The notes beneath the pieces were generated by a model. The model was not told the origin of the DNA. It saw nothing but the letters and a program-made list of their open reading frames with translations, and did no database searches. Source: an uncultured Dehalococcoidia bacterium (GTDB taxonomy: Bacteria > Chloroflexota > Dehalococcoidia > Lucifugimonadales > UBA826). Taken from it: a stretch of DNA of 64,000 bases. A program made the position numbers and the translations under genes. The stretch covers positions 24,967-88,966 of the forward strand of contig CAZCOH010000001.1 of assembly GCA_964500645.1 (NCBI GenBank). The letters run 5' to 3'. Positions 30,232 to 38,159 of this stretch are shown piece by piece. How positions within the stretch are numbered: the first letter of the stretch is position 1; each line of letters begins with the position of its first letter.

Positions 30232-31209
30232 TCAAAGTACTTCAGGATTAAGACATGCGGGCATAGACTCCCCATTAAGTAAAGCGATGACATTATCTGC
30301 TGCCATCAGGCCCATTCTTCTTAAGGTCGCTGCACTGGCACTGGCTATATGAGGAGTTATAAGAACATTCTCCATATGAACCAACGGATCTTGTGCGTCA
30401 ATAGGTTCAGGAAATGTCACATCTAAAGCGGCTCCAGCAATCTGGCCATTATTGAGAGCATTTCTCAAAGCATCTGGACTAACCGTACCTCCTCGGGATG
30501 TATTTATTAAGAAAGCCTCTTTTTTCATTGCAGCAAGCTCTTTATGATCTATAAAATTCTGTGTCTCTGGACCGAGTGGAACATGGACTGATACAAAATC
30601 AGATTTACCTAGTAAATCATTTAATTCAGGTACCCAATTTAATCCGTATTTTTCTTCCATTTCAGGTTTCCTAGTTCGGGAATAATAGAGAATCTCCATA
30701 TCAAAGCCCACTGCTCTTCTAGCAACTGCCTCTCCAATTAGTCCCAGTCCTATAAGCCCCAAGGTCTTACCGTAAACATCGGTACCCAAATACGGAGTTT
30801 GATCAAATACTTTCCAGTCTCCATTTATCACTTTCCTATTAGATCTACTTATCTGTCTAGAAAGTGACAACATCAATCCCATAGCAAAGTCAGCGCAGGA
30901 TTCGTGCAGGATACCAGGCGTATTACCGATCGCTACTCTATTTCTAGTAGCGGCCGAGACATCAATGTTGTCATACCCTATCGCTCGAGTGGCCACAACC
31001 TTCAATCTTTCTGCAGAGTCGAACACCTCGGAATCCATGATGTCGTTGGATTCAATCATCATGCCATCAAATTCACTAACAACCTTTTTGATCAAATCTT
31101 TCGGCGGGGGAGTTGAGTCTTGCCAAACCTCTACGTCAAAATGATCTTTCAATTTATCGATAGCGTCAGGAACGATTATCCTTGTCACATAAACTCTATT
31201 CTTTGCCAT
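30232..31209 (-). CDS. D-2-hydroxyacid dehydrogenase / glyoxylate-hydroxypyruvate reductase-like
   Basis: 325 aa. GLIGLGLIGEAVARR NAD motif, ...NTSRG..., ...GAALDV..EP..., ...TPHIASA... Confidence 0.88.
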   Translation of the reverse strand: MAKNRVYVTRIIVPDAIDKLKDHFDVEVWQDSTPPPKDLIKKVVSEFDGMMIESNDIMDSEVFDSAERLKVVATRAIGYDNIDVSAATRNRVAIGNTPGILHESCADFAMGLMLSLSRQISRSNRKVINGDWKVFDQTPYLGTDVYGKTLGLIGLGLIGEAVARRAVGFDMEILYYSRTRKPEMEEKYGLNWVPELNDLLGKSDFVSVHVPLGPETQNFIDHKELAAMKKEAFLINTSRGGTVSPDALRNALNNGQIAGAALDVTFPEPIDAQDPLVHMENVLITPHIASASAATLRRMGLMAADNVIALLNGESMPACLNPEVL

Positions 31210-31309
31210 GACAATACTCCTAGTTAGAATCTACATAGAGCTGACCTATATTAGAACCAAGTTTATATTAACGTAAAACTAAGATAATTTTGGGTCATCA
31301 AAATAAATA

Positions 31310-31801
31310 TTATTGCGAAGAACCACTTTCGATCGAAATGAGTCGATCATAATCAGGCAATGAATAGCTTTTATCAATCACTTGCCCATTTGATTCAATC
31401 ATCACAAATCCAGGAACAGAAATTACAGAATAAGATCTTTTTAGAGATAGACCGAGAGAAGAATGTACATCCACCCTCGCAACAATCCATTTACTACCCA
31501 ATCGTTTCTCTAGTCTGTCAACGGCAGACTTCGTAGATAAACAACCAATTCAATAATCTGAATAAAGTTGCAATAAAACCGGTGTATTCCTAGTAAACAA
31601 AGCCTCCCAATCAGATTGAGTCTCCACATTAGGCTGTCTAATCGATCGAGTTTGCTGAAAAACACCTACTGCAACCAACAATAGTACGAGCGTTACAGCA
31701 GAAGCCTGCCACGAAAAAAACCTTGATGCTACCAACCATATTATTGGCAGACCTAAGAGAGCGATTATAAAAAAAGAATACTGATTTAGAAGAGCATACA
31801 T
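31310..31801 (-). CDS. Candidate selenoprotein: membrane-anchored thioredoxin-fold protein with U-I-G-C (in-frame TGA at 31552..31550)
   Basis: Track ORFs 31550..31801 and 31310..31501 share a frame and are separated by one TGA. The joined 163 aa product has two N-terminal helices, then ...VLLQLYSDY-U-IGC... and ...YSVISVPGFVMIESNG... (Trx active site and cis-Pro region). Hairpin downstream of the TGA. Confidence 0.6.
31512..31530 (-). promoter_or_regulatory. Candidate bacterial SECIS-like hairpin
   Basis: mRNA AGUCUG-CCGUUGA-CAGACU (6 bp stem, 7 nt loop containing GU) begins 19 nt after the in-frame UGA. Confidence 0.4.
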
Positions 31802-31810
31802 TGGTACATT

Positions 31811-31853
31811 AATTGTAAAACAAATACGGACTGCCCCGGTAGGGCAGTCCGTA
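31811..31853 (-). terminator. Rho-independent terminator of the small Cys-rich gene
   Basis: Perfect 12 bp GC-rich stem TACGGACTGCCC/GGGCAGTCCGTA with a 5 nt loop, followed on the minus strand by TTTGTTTT. Confidence 0.75.
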
Positions 31854-31882
31854 TAAATACAGATCTCTAATCTAATAAGATA

Positions 31883-32077
31883 CTAATCAGCAGCCACCAT
31901 GTCATGGCCGCAGCACATGGGCGACTTTATCTTGCCGCATCCATTACTGCATTGAGCGACACCAACAGTAGTACCATCATCTTTCTCTATAACTGCATGT
32001 GTTAATTCTGTTCCACATTTACCACAGGTAATATTGTGAACTTCCATTCCACAATCTCCACAACTGTAATTAGACAT
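31883..32077 (-). CDS. Small Cys-rich (zinc-ribbon-like) protein, unknown function
   Basis: 64 aa with 9 Cys: CGDC-x8-CGKC ... C-x3-C ... CCGH. Strong SD AAGGAG precedes the ATG and a strong terminator follows. Confidence 0.65.
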   Translation of the reverse strand: MSNYSCGDCGMEVHNITCGKCGTELTHAVIEKDDGTTVGVAQCSNGCGKIKSPMCCGHDMVAAD

Positions 32078-32093
32078 TCCATTCTCCTTTTAA

Positions 32094-32131
32094 CATGCTT
32101 GAATACAACAATAACTAGCCCTTCAAGCATG
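32094..32131. repeat. 10 bp perfect inverted repeat CATGCTTGAA-N18-TTCAAGCATG
   Basis: Read directly from the sequence. It lies 17 nt upstream of the Cys-rich gene start, in the divergent intergenic region. Confidence 0.6.
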
Positions 32132-32278
32132 AAGTCTATCCACCTAAACAAACCGCTGTCAACAATAGTATTCATGGTCACTCAGCCTTAGCCTTGGTAC
32201 CCAAAAGCATCCAAAAAGTCTAGAATGGCCTCCCACAGGAAAAAATTCTATATCTTCATATAGAAATAGGAGGTCGAA

Positions 32279-33202
32279 ATGTCAGAAGATCCAATCAGAG
32301 TAAGTTACGGTAAATATGTTTTTGAAAACGTCCCCGGATGGGCTCCGCTACCCGACGGGTGGGAATGGAATCATGTTGTTGGTGTGGGAGTTGACAGCCA
32401 AGACAGAATTTTCGCATACAACAGAAGTAATCACCCAATGATAGTTCTGAGCAAATCAGGTGAAATATTAGACACTTGGGGAGAAAACACATTTAAAAGA
32501 GCACATCATCTAGAAATAGGACCTGATGACTCTATATGGACCACAGACAATACGGATCACACCGTCAGAAAATGGACATCAGATGGTGAAGAGTTAATGA
32601 TTATTGGCACCCCTGATAAACCAGCACCCGAACAAAGTGGTGAGCCGTTCAATCAACCCACCGATATAGCCTTCGGTCTGGATGGTTCGATCTATGTATC
32701 CGACGGTTACGGAAACTCCAGAGTTCACCAATTTACTCCACAGGGCAAACTAATCAGGTCTTGGGGTGAACGTGGATCTGCCCCAGGACAGTTCATGATT
32801 CCTCATGGTGTAGCTGTTGACCCAACCGGTCTGGTATATGTGTGTGACCGAGAAAACAACAGAATCCAGATTTTTACCCCAGATGGTCAATATGTTAGCG
32901 AATGGGGCGGAGTTCATAGGCCCAATCAAATTGTTCCAAGTAATGACGGCAGTATGTACGTTACAGAACTCGGGCACAAAACTGGACTCGGTGCCAAAGG
33001 ATCAGGTGTGAATGTAGCTACCCATAACTCCGGACTAAAAATAATGACGAAAAACGGGCAATGGTTAGGAGGATGGGGAGCCAGTACACATACGGAAGGT
33101 GACCTGATAGCAGCGCATGCTCTGGGTATAGACTCTGAAGGAAGTCTTTATGTAGGAGAGACATTGGAAGGAGCTAGGCTTCAAAAATTCGTCAGGGTGT
33201 AA
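32279..33202 (+). CDS. NHL-repeat beta-propeller protein (peptidylglycine amidating lyase-like)
   Basis: 307 aa. Repeated ...P.G[IV]AVD..G.[IV]YV.D..N.R[IV]Q.F... units. SD AGGAGG. Confidence 0.8.
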   Translation: MSEDPIRVSYGKYVFENVPGWAPLPDGWEWNHVVGVGVDSQDRIFAYNRSNHPMIVLSKSGEILDTWGENTFKRAHHLEIGPDDSIWTTDNTDHTVRKWTSDGEELMIIGTPDKPAPEQSGEPFNQPTDIAFGLDGSIYVSDGYGNSRVHQFTPQGKLIRSWGERGSAPGQFMIPHGVAVDPTGLVYVCDRENNRIQIFTPDGQYVSEWGGVHRPNQIVPSNDGSMYVTELGHKTGLGAKGSGVNVATHNSGLKIMTKNGQWLGGWGASTHTEGDLIAAHALGIDSEGSLYVGETLEGARLQKFVRV

Positions 33203-33219
33203 GAATTCAGTGACCATCT

Positions 33220-33280
33220 AGTTTATGAAAAAACCAGCAAGGGAAATCAATCTCATCATAGCCTGATTTTTTCATAAACT
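33220..33280. repeat. Long AT-rich inverted repeat (possible bidirectional terminator)
   Basis: AGTTTATGAAAAAACCAG ... CTGATTTTTTCATAAACT: 17 of 18 positions complementary, about 25 nt spacer, between convergent genes. Confidence 0.5.
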
Positions 33281-33316
33281 GGAACATAAATTATCAAAGA
33301 TACCATCAAATCAGAT

Positions 33317-33802
33317 TTACGAATTAATCGCCTTCATCAAAAGATTTAAAGTCTCAATTGTGAAAGAGATCATATTCTCTTCACGATCATCACTACCAGT
33401 TTCAATGGTAGCTGTAAGGTTCACAGGACCAGAAACCGCTATACAAGTATGCCCAGCCTGATCCCCGTATCTATTTCCCTTAGGACCCGTGGCTCCTGTC
33501 TCTGATACCCCCCACGTGGAACCTAGAATCGACTTCACTCTATCCGCATTCAATGATGCATATGATTCCGTTGCGGCTCTCATTCCCTTCATATCCTCAT
33601 CAGAAACTCCCAGAAAACCCCTGCCAGCAAAACGAGTATAAATCACCGAACCCCCAAGAAAATAAGCAGAGGCTCCCGGTACAGCAAGAAGATGTGCGGA
33701 AACCAAACCCCCAGTGGAAGATTCTGCAATCCCAACAGTTTCGCTTCTATCTATCAACAAAGATCCTATTTCACGCGTCAAAGTCATGATTTCCTGATTC
33801 AT
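33317..33802 (-). CDS. CinA C-terminal domain / nicotinamide-nucleotide amidohydrolase (PncC-like)
   Basis: ...TVGIAESSTGGLVSAHL... and ...GGSVIYT... are CinA-C signatures. ATG 33802 lies 9 nt after GAGG; the track ORF starts at GTG 33817. Confidence 0.85.
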   Translation of the reverse strand: MNQEIMTLTREIGSLLIDRSETVGIAESSTGGLVSAHLLAVPGASAYFLGGSVIYTRFAGRGFLGVSDEDMKGMRAATESYASLNADRVKSILGSTWGVSETGATGPKGNRYGDQAGHTCIAVSGPVNLTATIETGSDDREENMISFTIETLNLLMKAINS

Positions 33803-33925
33803 AAATTCATACCTCACTTAAAATCTAACCTCAAAACAATACGGTATAACAATGGATTTTTTAATCCCAAAAACCAATAGTCACGGTTACAATCTAACCA
33901 AACTTGAACAGGAGCATCAACAACT

Positions 33926-34075
33926 ATGTCCAAAGGATGGTTCACCCTTGTTGCATTATTCGCATTTTCTTTAGGTTTGATAACCGGTGGCATTCTACAA
34001 GGCCGACCCGAGTTGATGTTCATAGGGCTGGGTTTACTAGTTTTCCTATACTTTGTCCGAAATCACCTAAAGTAA
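33926..34075 (+). CDS. Hypothetical small membrane protein (49 aa)
   Basis: Below the track length cutoff. My translation is MSKGWFTLVALFAFSLGLITGGILQGRPELMFIGLGLLVFLYFVRNHLK: two hydrophobic segments, with GGAG 12 nt upstream. Confidence 0.3.
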   Translation: MSKGWFTLVALFAFSLGLITGGILQGRPELMFIGLGLLVFLYFVRNHLK

Positions 34076-34080
34076 ATTTT

Positions 34081-35151
34081 CTATCTCGCTCTCACGTATT
34101 GTCTTGGCCAAAGGTCGTCAACACCGTCTAGTTCGTCTCTTGCATAAAGAGGCCAGTATGGATTTCTTAAAAGCTCTCTGCCTAACAAAATTACGTCTGC
34201 GTCACCATTTCGTAGTGTTTGTTCGGCCTGCGAAGCATCAGTTATCAAACCCACGGCCCCAGTCGGAATGTCCACTTCTCTGCGTATCCTAGAAGCAAAT
34301 GGAACCTGATAACCAGGAAATGGATCAAGATCTTGATCAGGTGAATTACCTCCAGAGGAACAATCAATCATGTCAACGCCTTCGCTTTTCATCCAGCCGG
34401 CCAGCTCAATAGAATCTTCTATCTTCCATCCAGACTCCATATATTCCGTTGATGAAATACGGGCCAATAATGGCATTGAATCCGGTATAACTTTTCTCAC
34501 AGCTGAAACTATTTCTAGAGATAAGCGACATCTATTCTTAAGGGACCCCCCATAATTGTCGGAACGACTGTTGGAAATGGGAGACATGAATTCACAAGCC
34601 AAATATCCGTGAGCAAGATGTAATTCAATAACCTTGAATCCTGCATCTACGGACCTCGAAGCGGACTCAGCAAAATCGGAAACTATCCTGTCTATATCTT
34701 CAATCCCAAGTTGATTGGGGGTAACCCAGTCAGCTTCGTAAGGAATAGAACTTGGTCCAACTATGTCCCATCCCCCATCCTTTGGAAGCAGAACCTCACC
34801 ATCGTCCCAGGGCCTGAAATGAGAAGCTTTTCTACCTGCGTGAGCCAGCTGGATTGCTGACAAAGCTCCTTGAGTCGCCATAAAAGCTACTATTGGCTCT
34901 AACGCTTCAGCGTGACGATCTGACCATATCCCGACATCCTGCGGAGAAATCCTTCCTTCAGGTGAGACTGCCGATGCCTCTACCATAACAAGGCCGGCGC
35001 CCCCAACCGCTCTCGTTCCCAAATGAACCATGTGCCAATCAGTCGCGACACCATCTGTTTTATCCACAGAATATTGACACATTGGGGCCACAAAAACCCT
35101 GTTTCTTGCCACTTCTCCTCTCATTTTTATCGGTGTGAAAAGTTCACTCAT
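34081..35151 (-). CDS. NADH:flavin oxidoreductase, Old Yellow Enzyme family (YqjM/NamA-like)
   Basis: 356 aa. ...NRVFVAPMCQYS..., ...IQLAHAGRK..., ...ELHLAHGYL..., ...GRELLRNPYW... Confidence 0.9.
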   Translation of the reverse strand: MSELFTPIKMRGEVARNRVFVAPMCQYSVDKTDGVATDWHMVHLGTRAVGGAGLVMVEASAVSPEGRISPQDVGIWSDRHAEALEPIVAFMATQGALSAIQLAHAGRKASHFRPWDDGEVLLPKDGGWDIVGPSSIPYEADWVTPNQLGIEDIDRIVSDFAESASRSVDAGFKVIELHLAHGYLACEFMSPISNSRSDNYGGSLKNRCRLSLEIVSAVRKVIPDSMPLLARISSTEYMESGWKIEDSIELAGWMKSEGVDMIDCSSGGNSPDQDLDPFPGYQVPFASRIRREVDIPTGAVGLITDASQAEQTLRNGDADVILLGRELLRNPYWPLYARDELDGVDDLWPRQYVRAR

Positions 35152-35191
35152 AGAATAAATTACGACTCCATATCAAACATTTTGTTTATTG

Positions 35192-35566
35192 TTACGAAAT
35201 TCTTATCTCTTGAAATTCCACATGGCCCTCGTTAACCAAATCCCGTATCCTCCTCTGTCTCGTAGATAACTTACTACCGGCGGACTTGAACTCCACTAGC
35301 ACAATTTTGTCTTCCTCAAATTGCACACCATCAATTGGGGACCCGAGAAATCTGAAATGTTTGGGATCAAAGGGATATTGTTCCACTAGAGGCAAAAATT
35401 GTTCAGAAATCTGCCCATACCTGGTTGACTCACTTCTACGAAGAGATTTCTGTTCTTGAATCTTCTTAGTCAAATTGATACATACTAACAAAAGAATTAC
35501 GGATAATCCGAGTCCAATTAATGCAATCCAGAAGAGAATTGAGACCTCACCAATCAGCTCAGACAT
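35192..35566 (-). CDS. Membrane-anchored endonuclease related to archaeal Holliday-junction resolvase (Endonuc_Holl-like)
   Basis: 124 aa. N-terminal TM helix, then ...FRFLGSPIDGVQFEEDKIVLVEFKSAGSKLSTRQRRIRDLVNEGHVEF... I recognise this layout from PF10107-type proteins; assigned from memory only. Confidence 0.5.
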   Translation of the reverse strand: MSELIGEVSILFWIALIGLGLSVILLLVCINLTKKIQEQKSLRRSESTRYGQISEQFLPLVEQYPFDPKHFRFLGSPIDGVQFEEDKIVLVEFKSAGSKLSTRQRRIRDLVNEGHVEFQEIRIS

Positions 35567-35615
35567 TTAACCTCCGTACTACAATCTTAGAGCATGATTA
35601 TTTTAGGAAAAATGT

Positions 35616-36695
35616 TTATACAAGTTCCTCAAGACACTGAGATAGATTCTCCCCGAATTCATCAAATTGCCAGTTCCTAACATCCGGCTCAAGCCTTTCA
35701 TCGCTGAGTTTATCCGGAAAGCGGGAAAGACGAGCAAGACTTGATGTAGGCCAGAGCAGACTGGGATCTATCTCGAGTCTCTCACCAATCATTTTTCTCC
35801 ACTCTTTCAAACCTTTTAAGCGATTATTAGCCTGCTCCCGTTCCTTATGACTCAGACGAAGACCCCGGACCTGACCAGTACTGGGTCTTTTTAGCGGACC
35901 ATCACTTCGAGCTTCTTGAACTAAGCTCTTCAATCGCTTCAGAGTAGATGGACGTTCCCACCATCCAATCCCCTTTATCCTGGAATAATCAGAGTCTGGC
36001 TCTGCAGCGATTGAAACAAGAACGGGATCTCCAACAATTTTGAAAGGAGGCCTATCTTTGCCAATCGCTTCATCCTCTCTAAAATCAAATATCCTTTTCA
36101 AAATAGCCAGACCAATCCCGTCAAGATCTCGACTACCTTTTACGTTAAGAAATGCTGTTTCTTCATCTTTACGCTCAAACTTGATTCTGGACAATCTCTC
36201 ACATTCTTCTTCAGCCCATCTAATCCTTTCCTTGTCAATTAACCTACCTTTCATAACTTCCCTGGCTTCCCCCAAATACCTAACATCATCTGCAGCATAA
36301 GCCAATGCTTCTTTCGATAAGGGTCTATTAGTCCAATCACTTCTCTGTAATTTCTTATCTTTTGTAACCTCCACATCAACATATTCCTTCAAAATAGCAT
36401 CCAGGCCTAACCTCTTAGATCCCAAGAAACCCGCGGCAATACTCGTATCGAAAACATTTCTGAATTTGAAACCATAGTCCCTGTTGAGGCTTCGAATGTC
36501 ATAGTCACCAGAGTGCACAATCTTCACGACATTAGAATCTATCAAAACCTTACCAAGTGGTTCCATATCCTCAACATCTAAGGGATCTATAAGATACGGA
36601 ACTGACCCTATAGATATTTGAATAAGACAAACCCTTTCTGGATATCGAAAGAATCCATTTCCTTCTATATCCAGACCGATCCAGCTATGAGTCAA
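35616..36695 (-). CDS. rnd: Ribonuclease D (DEDD 3'-5' exonuclease + HRDC)
   Basis: 359 aa. ...GLDIEG..., ...VKIVHSGDYDIRSL..., ...YAADDVRYL... exo motifs. TTG is the first canonical start, but homology seems to continue upstream (see findings). Confidence 0.85.
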   Translation of the reverse strand: MTHSWIGLDIEGNGFFRYPERVCLIQISIGSVPYLIDPLDVEDMEPLGKVLIDSNVVKIVHSGDYDIRSLNRDYGFKFRNVFDTSIAAGFLGSKRLGLDAILKEYVDVEVTKDKKLQRSDWTNRPLSKEALAYAADDVRYLGEAREVMKGRLIDKERIRWAEEECERLSRIKFERKDEETAFLNVKGSRDLDGIGLAILKRIFDFREDEAIGKDRPPFKIVGDPVLVSIAAEPDSDYSRIKGIGWWERPSTLKRLKSLVQEARSDGPLKRPSTGQVRGLRLSHKEREQANNRLKGLKEWRKMIGERLEIDPSLLWPTSSLARLSRFPDKLSDERLEPDVRNWQFDEFGENLSQCLEELV

Positions 36696-36995
36696 AGCTT
36701 CGTCCGAAAAATCTTTCAGACGCTCTGACGTAGTGATTATTTCTGAAGGTTCGTAAGCTACGATGACTATCTTTCACTGACTAAATTGACATGATGGGCC
36801 TAGTATAACTTATGATCTGCGTATATATAGAGGTTTGATGTCAACGGATATTTTAAGTAAGTTATCCATTGAAGCTATGAAACATTTATTAAAAATAGGC
36901 AATTAGCTATGAAAATTACTATTTTGTAATTTATCCATCAACCGTACCAATCGTCATGAAGGAATTAATAAGAATCTGAATGTGAGGATAAAAGT

Positions 36996-38120
36996 ATGAA
37001 AATTACAGATATAACAGTTAATCGGATTCGGTCGCCTCAGGGAGAAAACGTAAGAAGCTTCGTTGGCAGACCGGGAAGGCTACTTCTTCAAATTCACACA
37101 GATGAAGGAATTACAGGAATTGCGGAGGCAAGCCGGAACCTAAAAATAGTGAAGGCGTACGTAGATGAATTAATAAAACCACTACTCGTAGGTACAGACC
37201 CATGTAGACCAAGAAAGATATGGGAACTGTTATCTCTAGGTGAGGGACAACAGGCAACCAGATTTCCTTCTCAAATAGTAGGATCGATTGATGTGGCTCT
37301 CTGGGATATAAGTGGTAAAGCTGCCAACATGCCAATATACAAATTACTAGGAGGGGCTCGTAGGACAGATATACCTCTTTACTGGAGTAGAGGGAACGGA
37401 TGGAGTAAATCCCCTGAAGAAATGCTGGAAGAAGTTCAAGAAGGGTATGACAAAGGTTATCGTTCATTCAAAATAAGAATGGATTGGCGGGATTACAGAC
37501 AGGACGCAGATCCAAAAAAAGACTTTGCTCTATTTAAGAAATGTCGAGAATGGTTACCAGATGACTGTCCACTTAGTTTCGATGCTAACTGCGGTTATTC
37601 AGTTCCTACGGCTATCGAACAGGGTCGAAGATTTGAAGAAATGGGAATTGCACACTTTGAGGAACCCTTACCTCAATACGATTTTCCCGGCCTAAAACAA
37701 GTGGTAGATGCTCTGGATTGTTCAGTGTCTACAGGAGAGCAAGAAATATCGTCCTGGAGATTTAGAGATTTAATAGAGCTAGGAAATCCAGACATTCTAC
37801 AGCCAGATGTTTTAAACGTGGGGGGATTATCTGAAATGATCAGGGTTTATGAAATGGCTGTAGTTCACAATAAAATTGTCATGCCTCACAGTCCAAGCGT
37901 TGGGGCAAACTCAATGGCGAGTCTCCACCTTTATTCAACCGTCACAAACGCTGTCCGTCCTCACGAATTCTCCGAAGAATTTACTGGACCTGCTGAAGAG
38001 GTGTCAAAACTGTATAAGGAACCAGTCCTTCCGAAAAATGGAACGATCTCTCTTCCTGACAGGCCGGGTCTCGGACTCGAACTTGACCCCCAGGCATTAA
38101 AAGAATTTATAGAGGAATAA
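36996..38120 (+). CDS. Enolase-superfamily enzyme (mandelate racemase-like), paralog 3
   Basis: 374 aa. MKITDITV start, ...ALWDISGK..., FKIRMD, FDANCG, FEEP, STGE. Confidence 0.88.
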   Translation: MKITDITVNRIRSPQGENVRSFVGRPGRLLLQIHTDEGITGIAEASRNLKIVKAYVDELIKPLLVGTDPCRPRKIWELLSLGEGQQATRFPSQIVGSIDVALWDISGKAANMPIYKLLGGARRTDIPLYWSRGNGWSKSPEEMLEEVQEGYDKGYRSFKIRMDWRDYRQDADPKKDFALFKKCREWLPDDCPLSFDANCGYSVPTAIEQGRRFEEMGIAHFEEPLPQYDFPGLKQVVDALDCSVSTGEQEISSWRFRDLIELGNPDILQPDVLNVGGLSEMIRVYEMAVVHNKIVMPHSPSVGANSMASLHLYSTVTNAVRPHEFSEEFTGPAEEVSKLYKEPVLPKNGTISLPDRPGLGLELDPQALKEFIEE

Positions 38121-38159
38121 CTGAACTCGTAAAATAAACCGCAGGGGAATATTTTTTAG

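Noticed and set aside
31550-31552. The two in-frame TGAs (31550..31552 and 49702..49704) might reflect an alternative genetic code (TGA = Trp or Gly).
   Set aside because: TGA terminates well-conserved genes at their expected C-termini in this window, for example dnaN at 50148..50150 and the enolase-superfamily gene at 2136..2138. Both in-frame TGAs fall exactly on the first Cys position of a C-x-x-C-type motif, which fits Sec rather than Trp or Gly.
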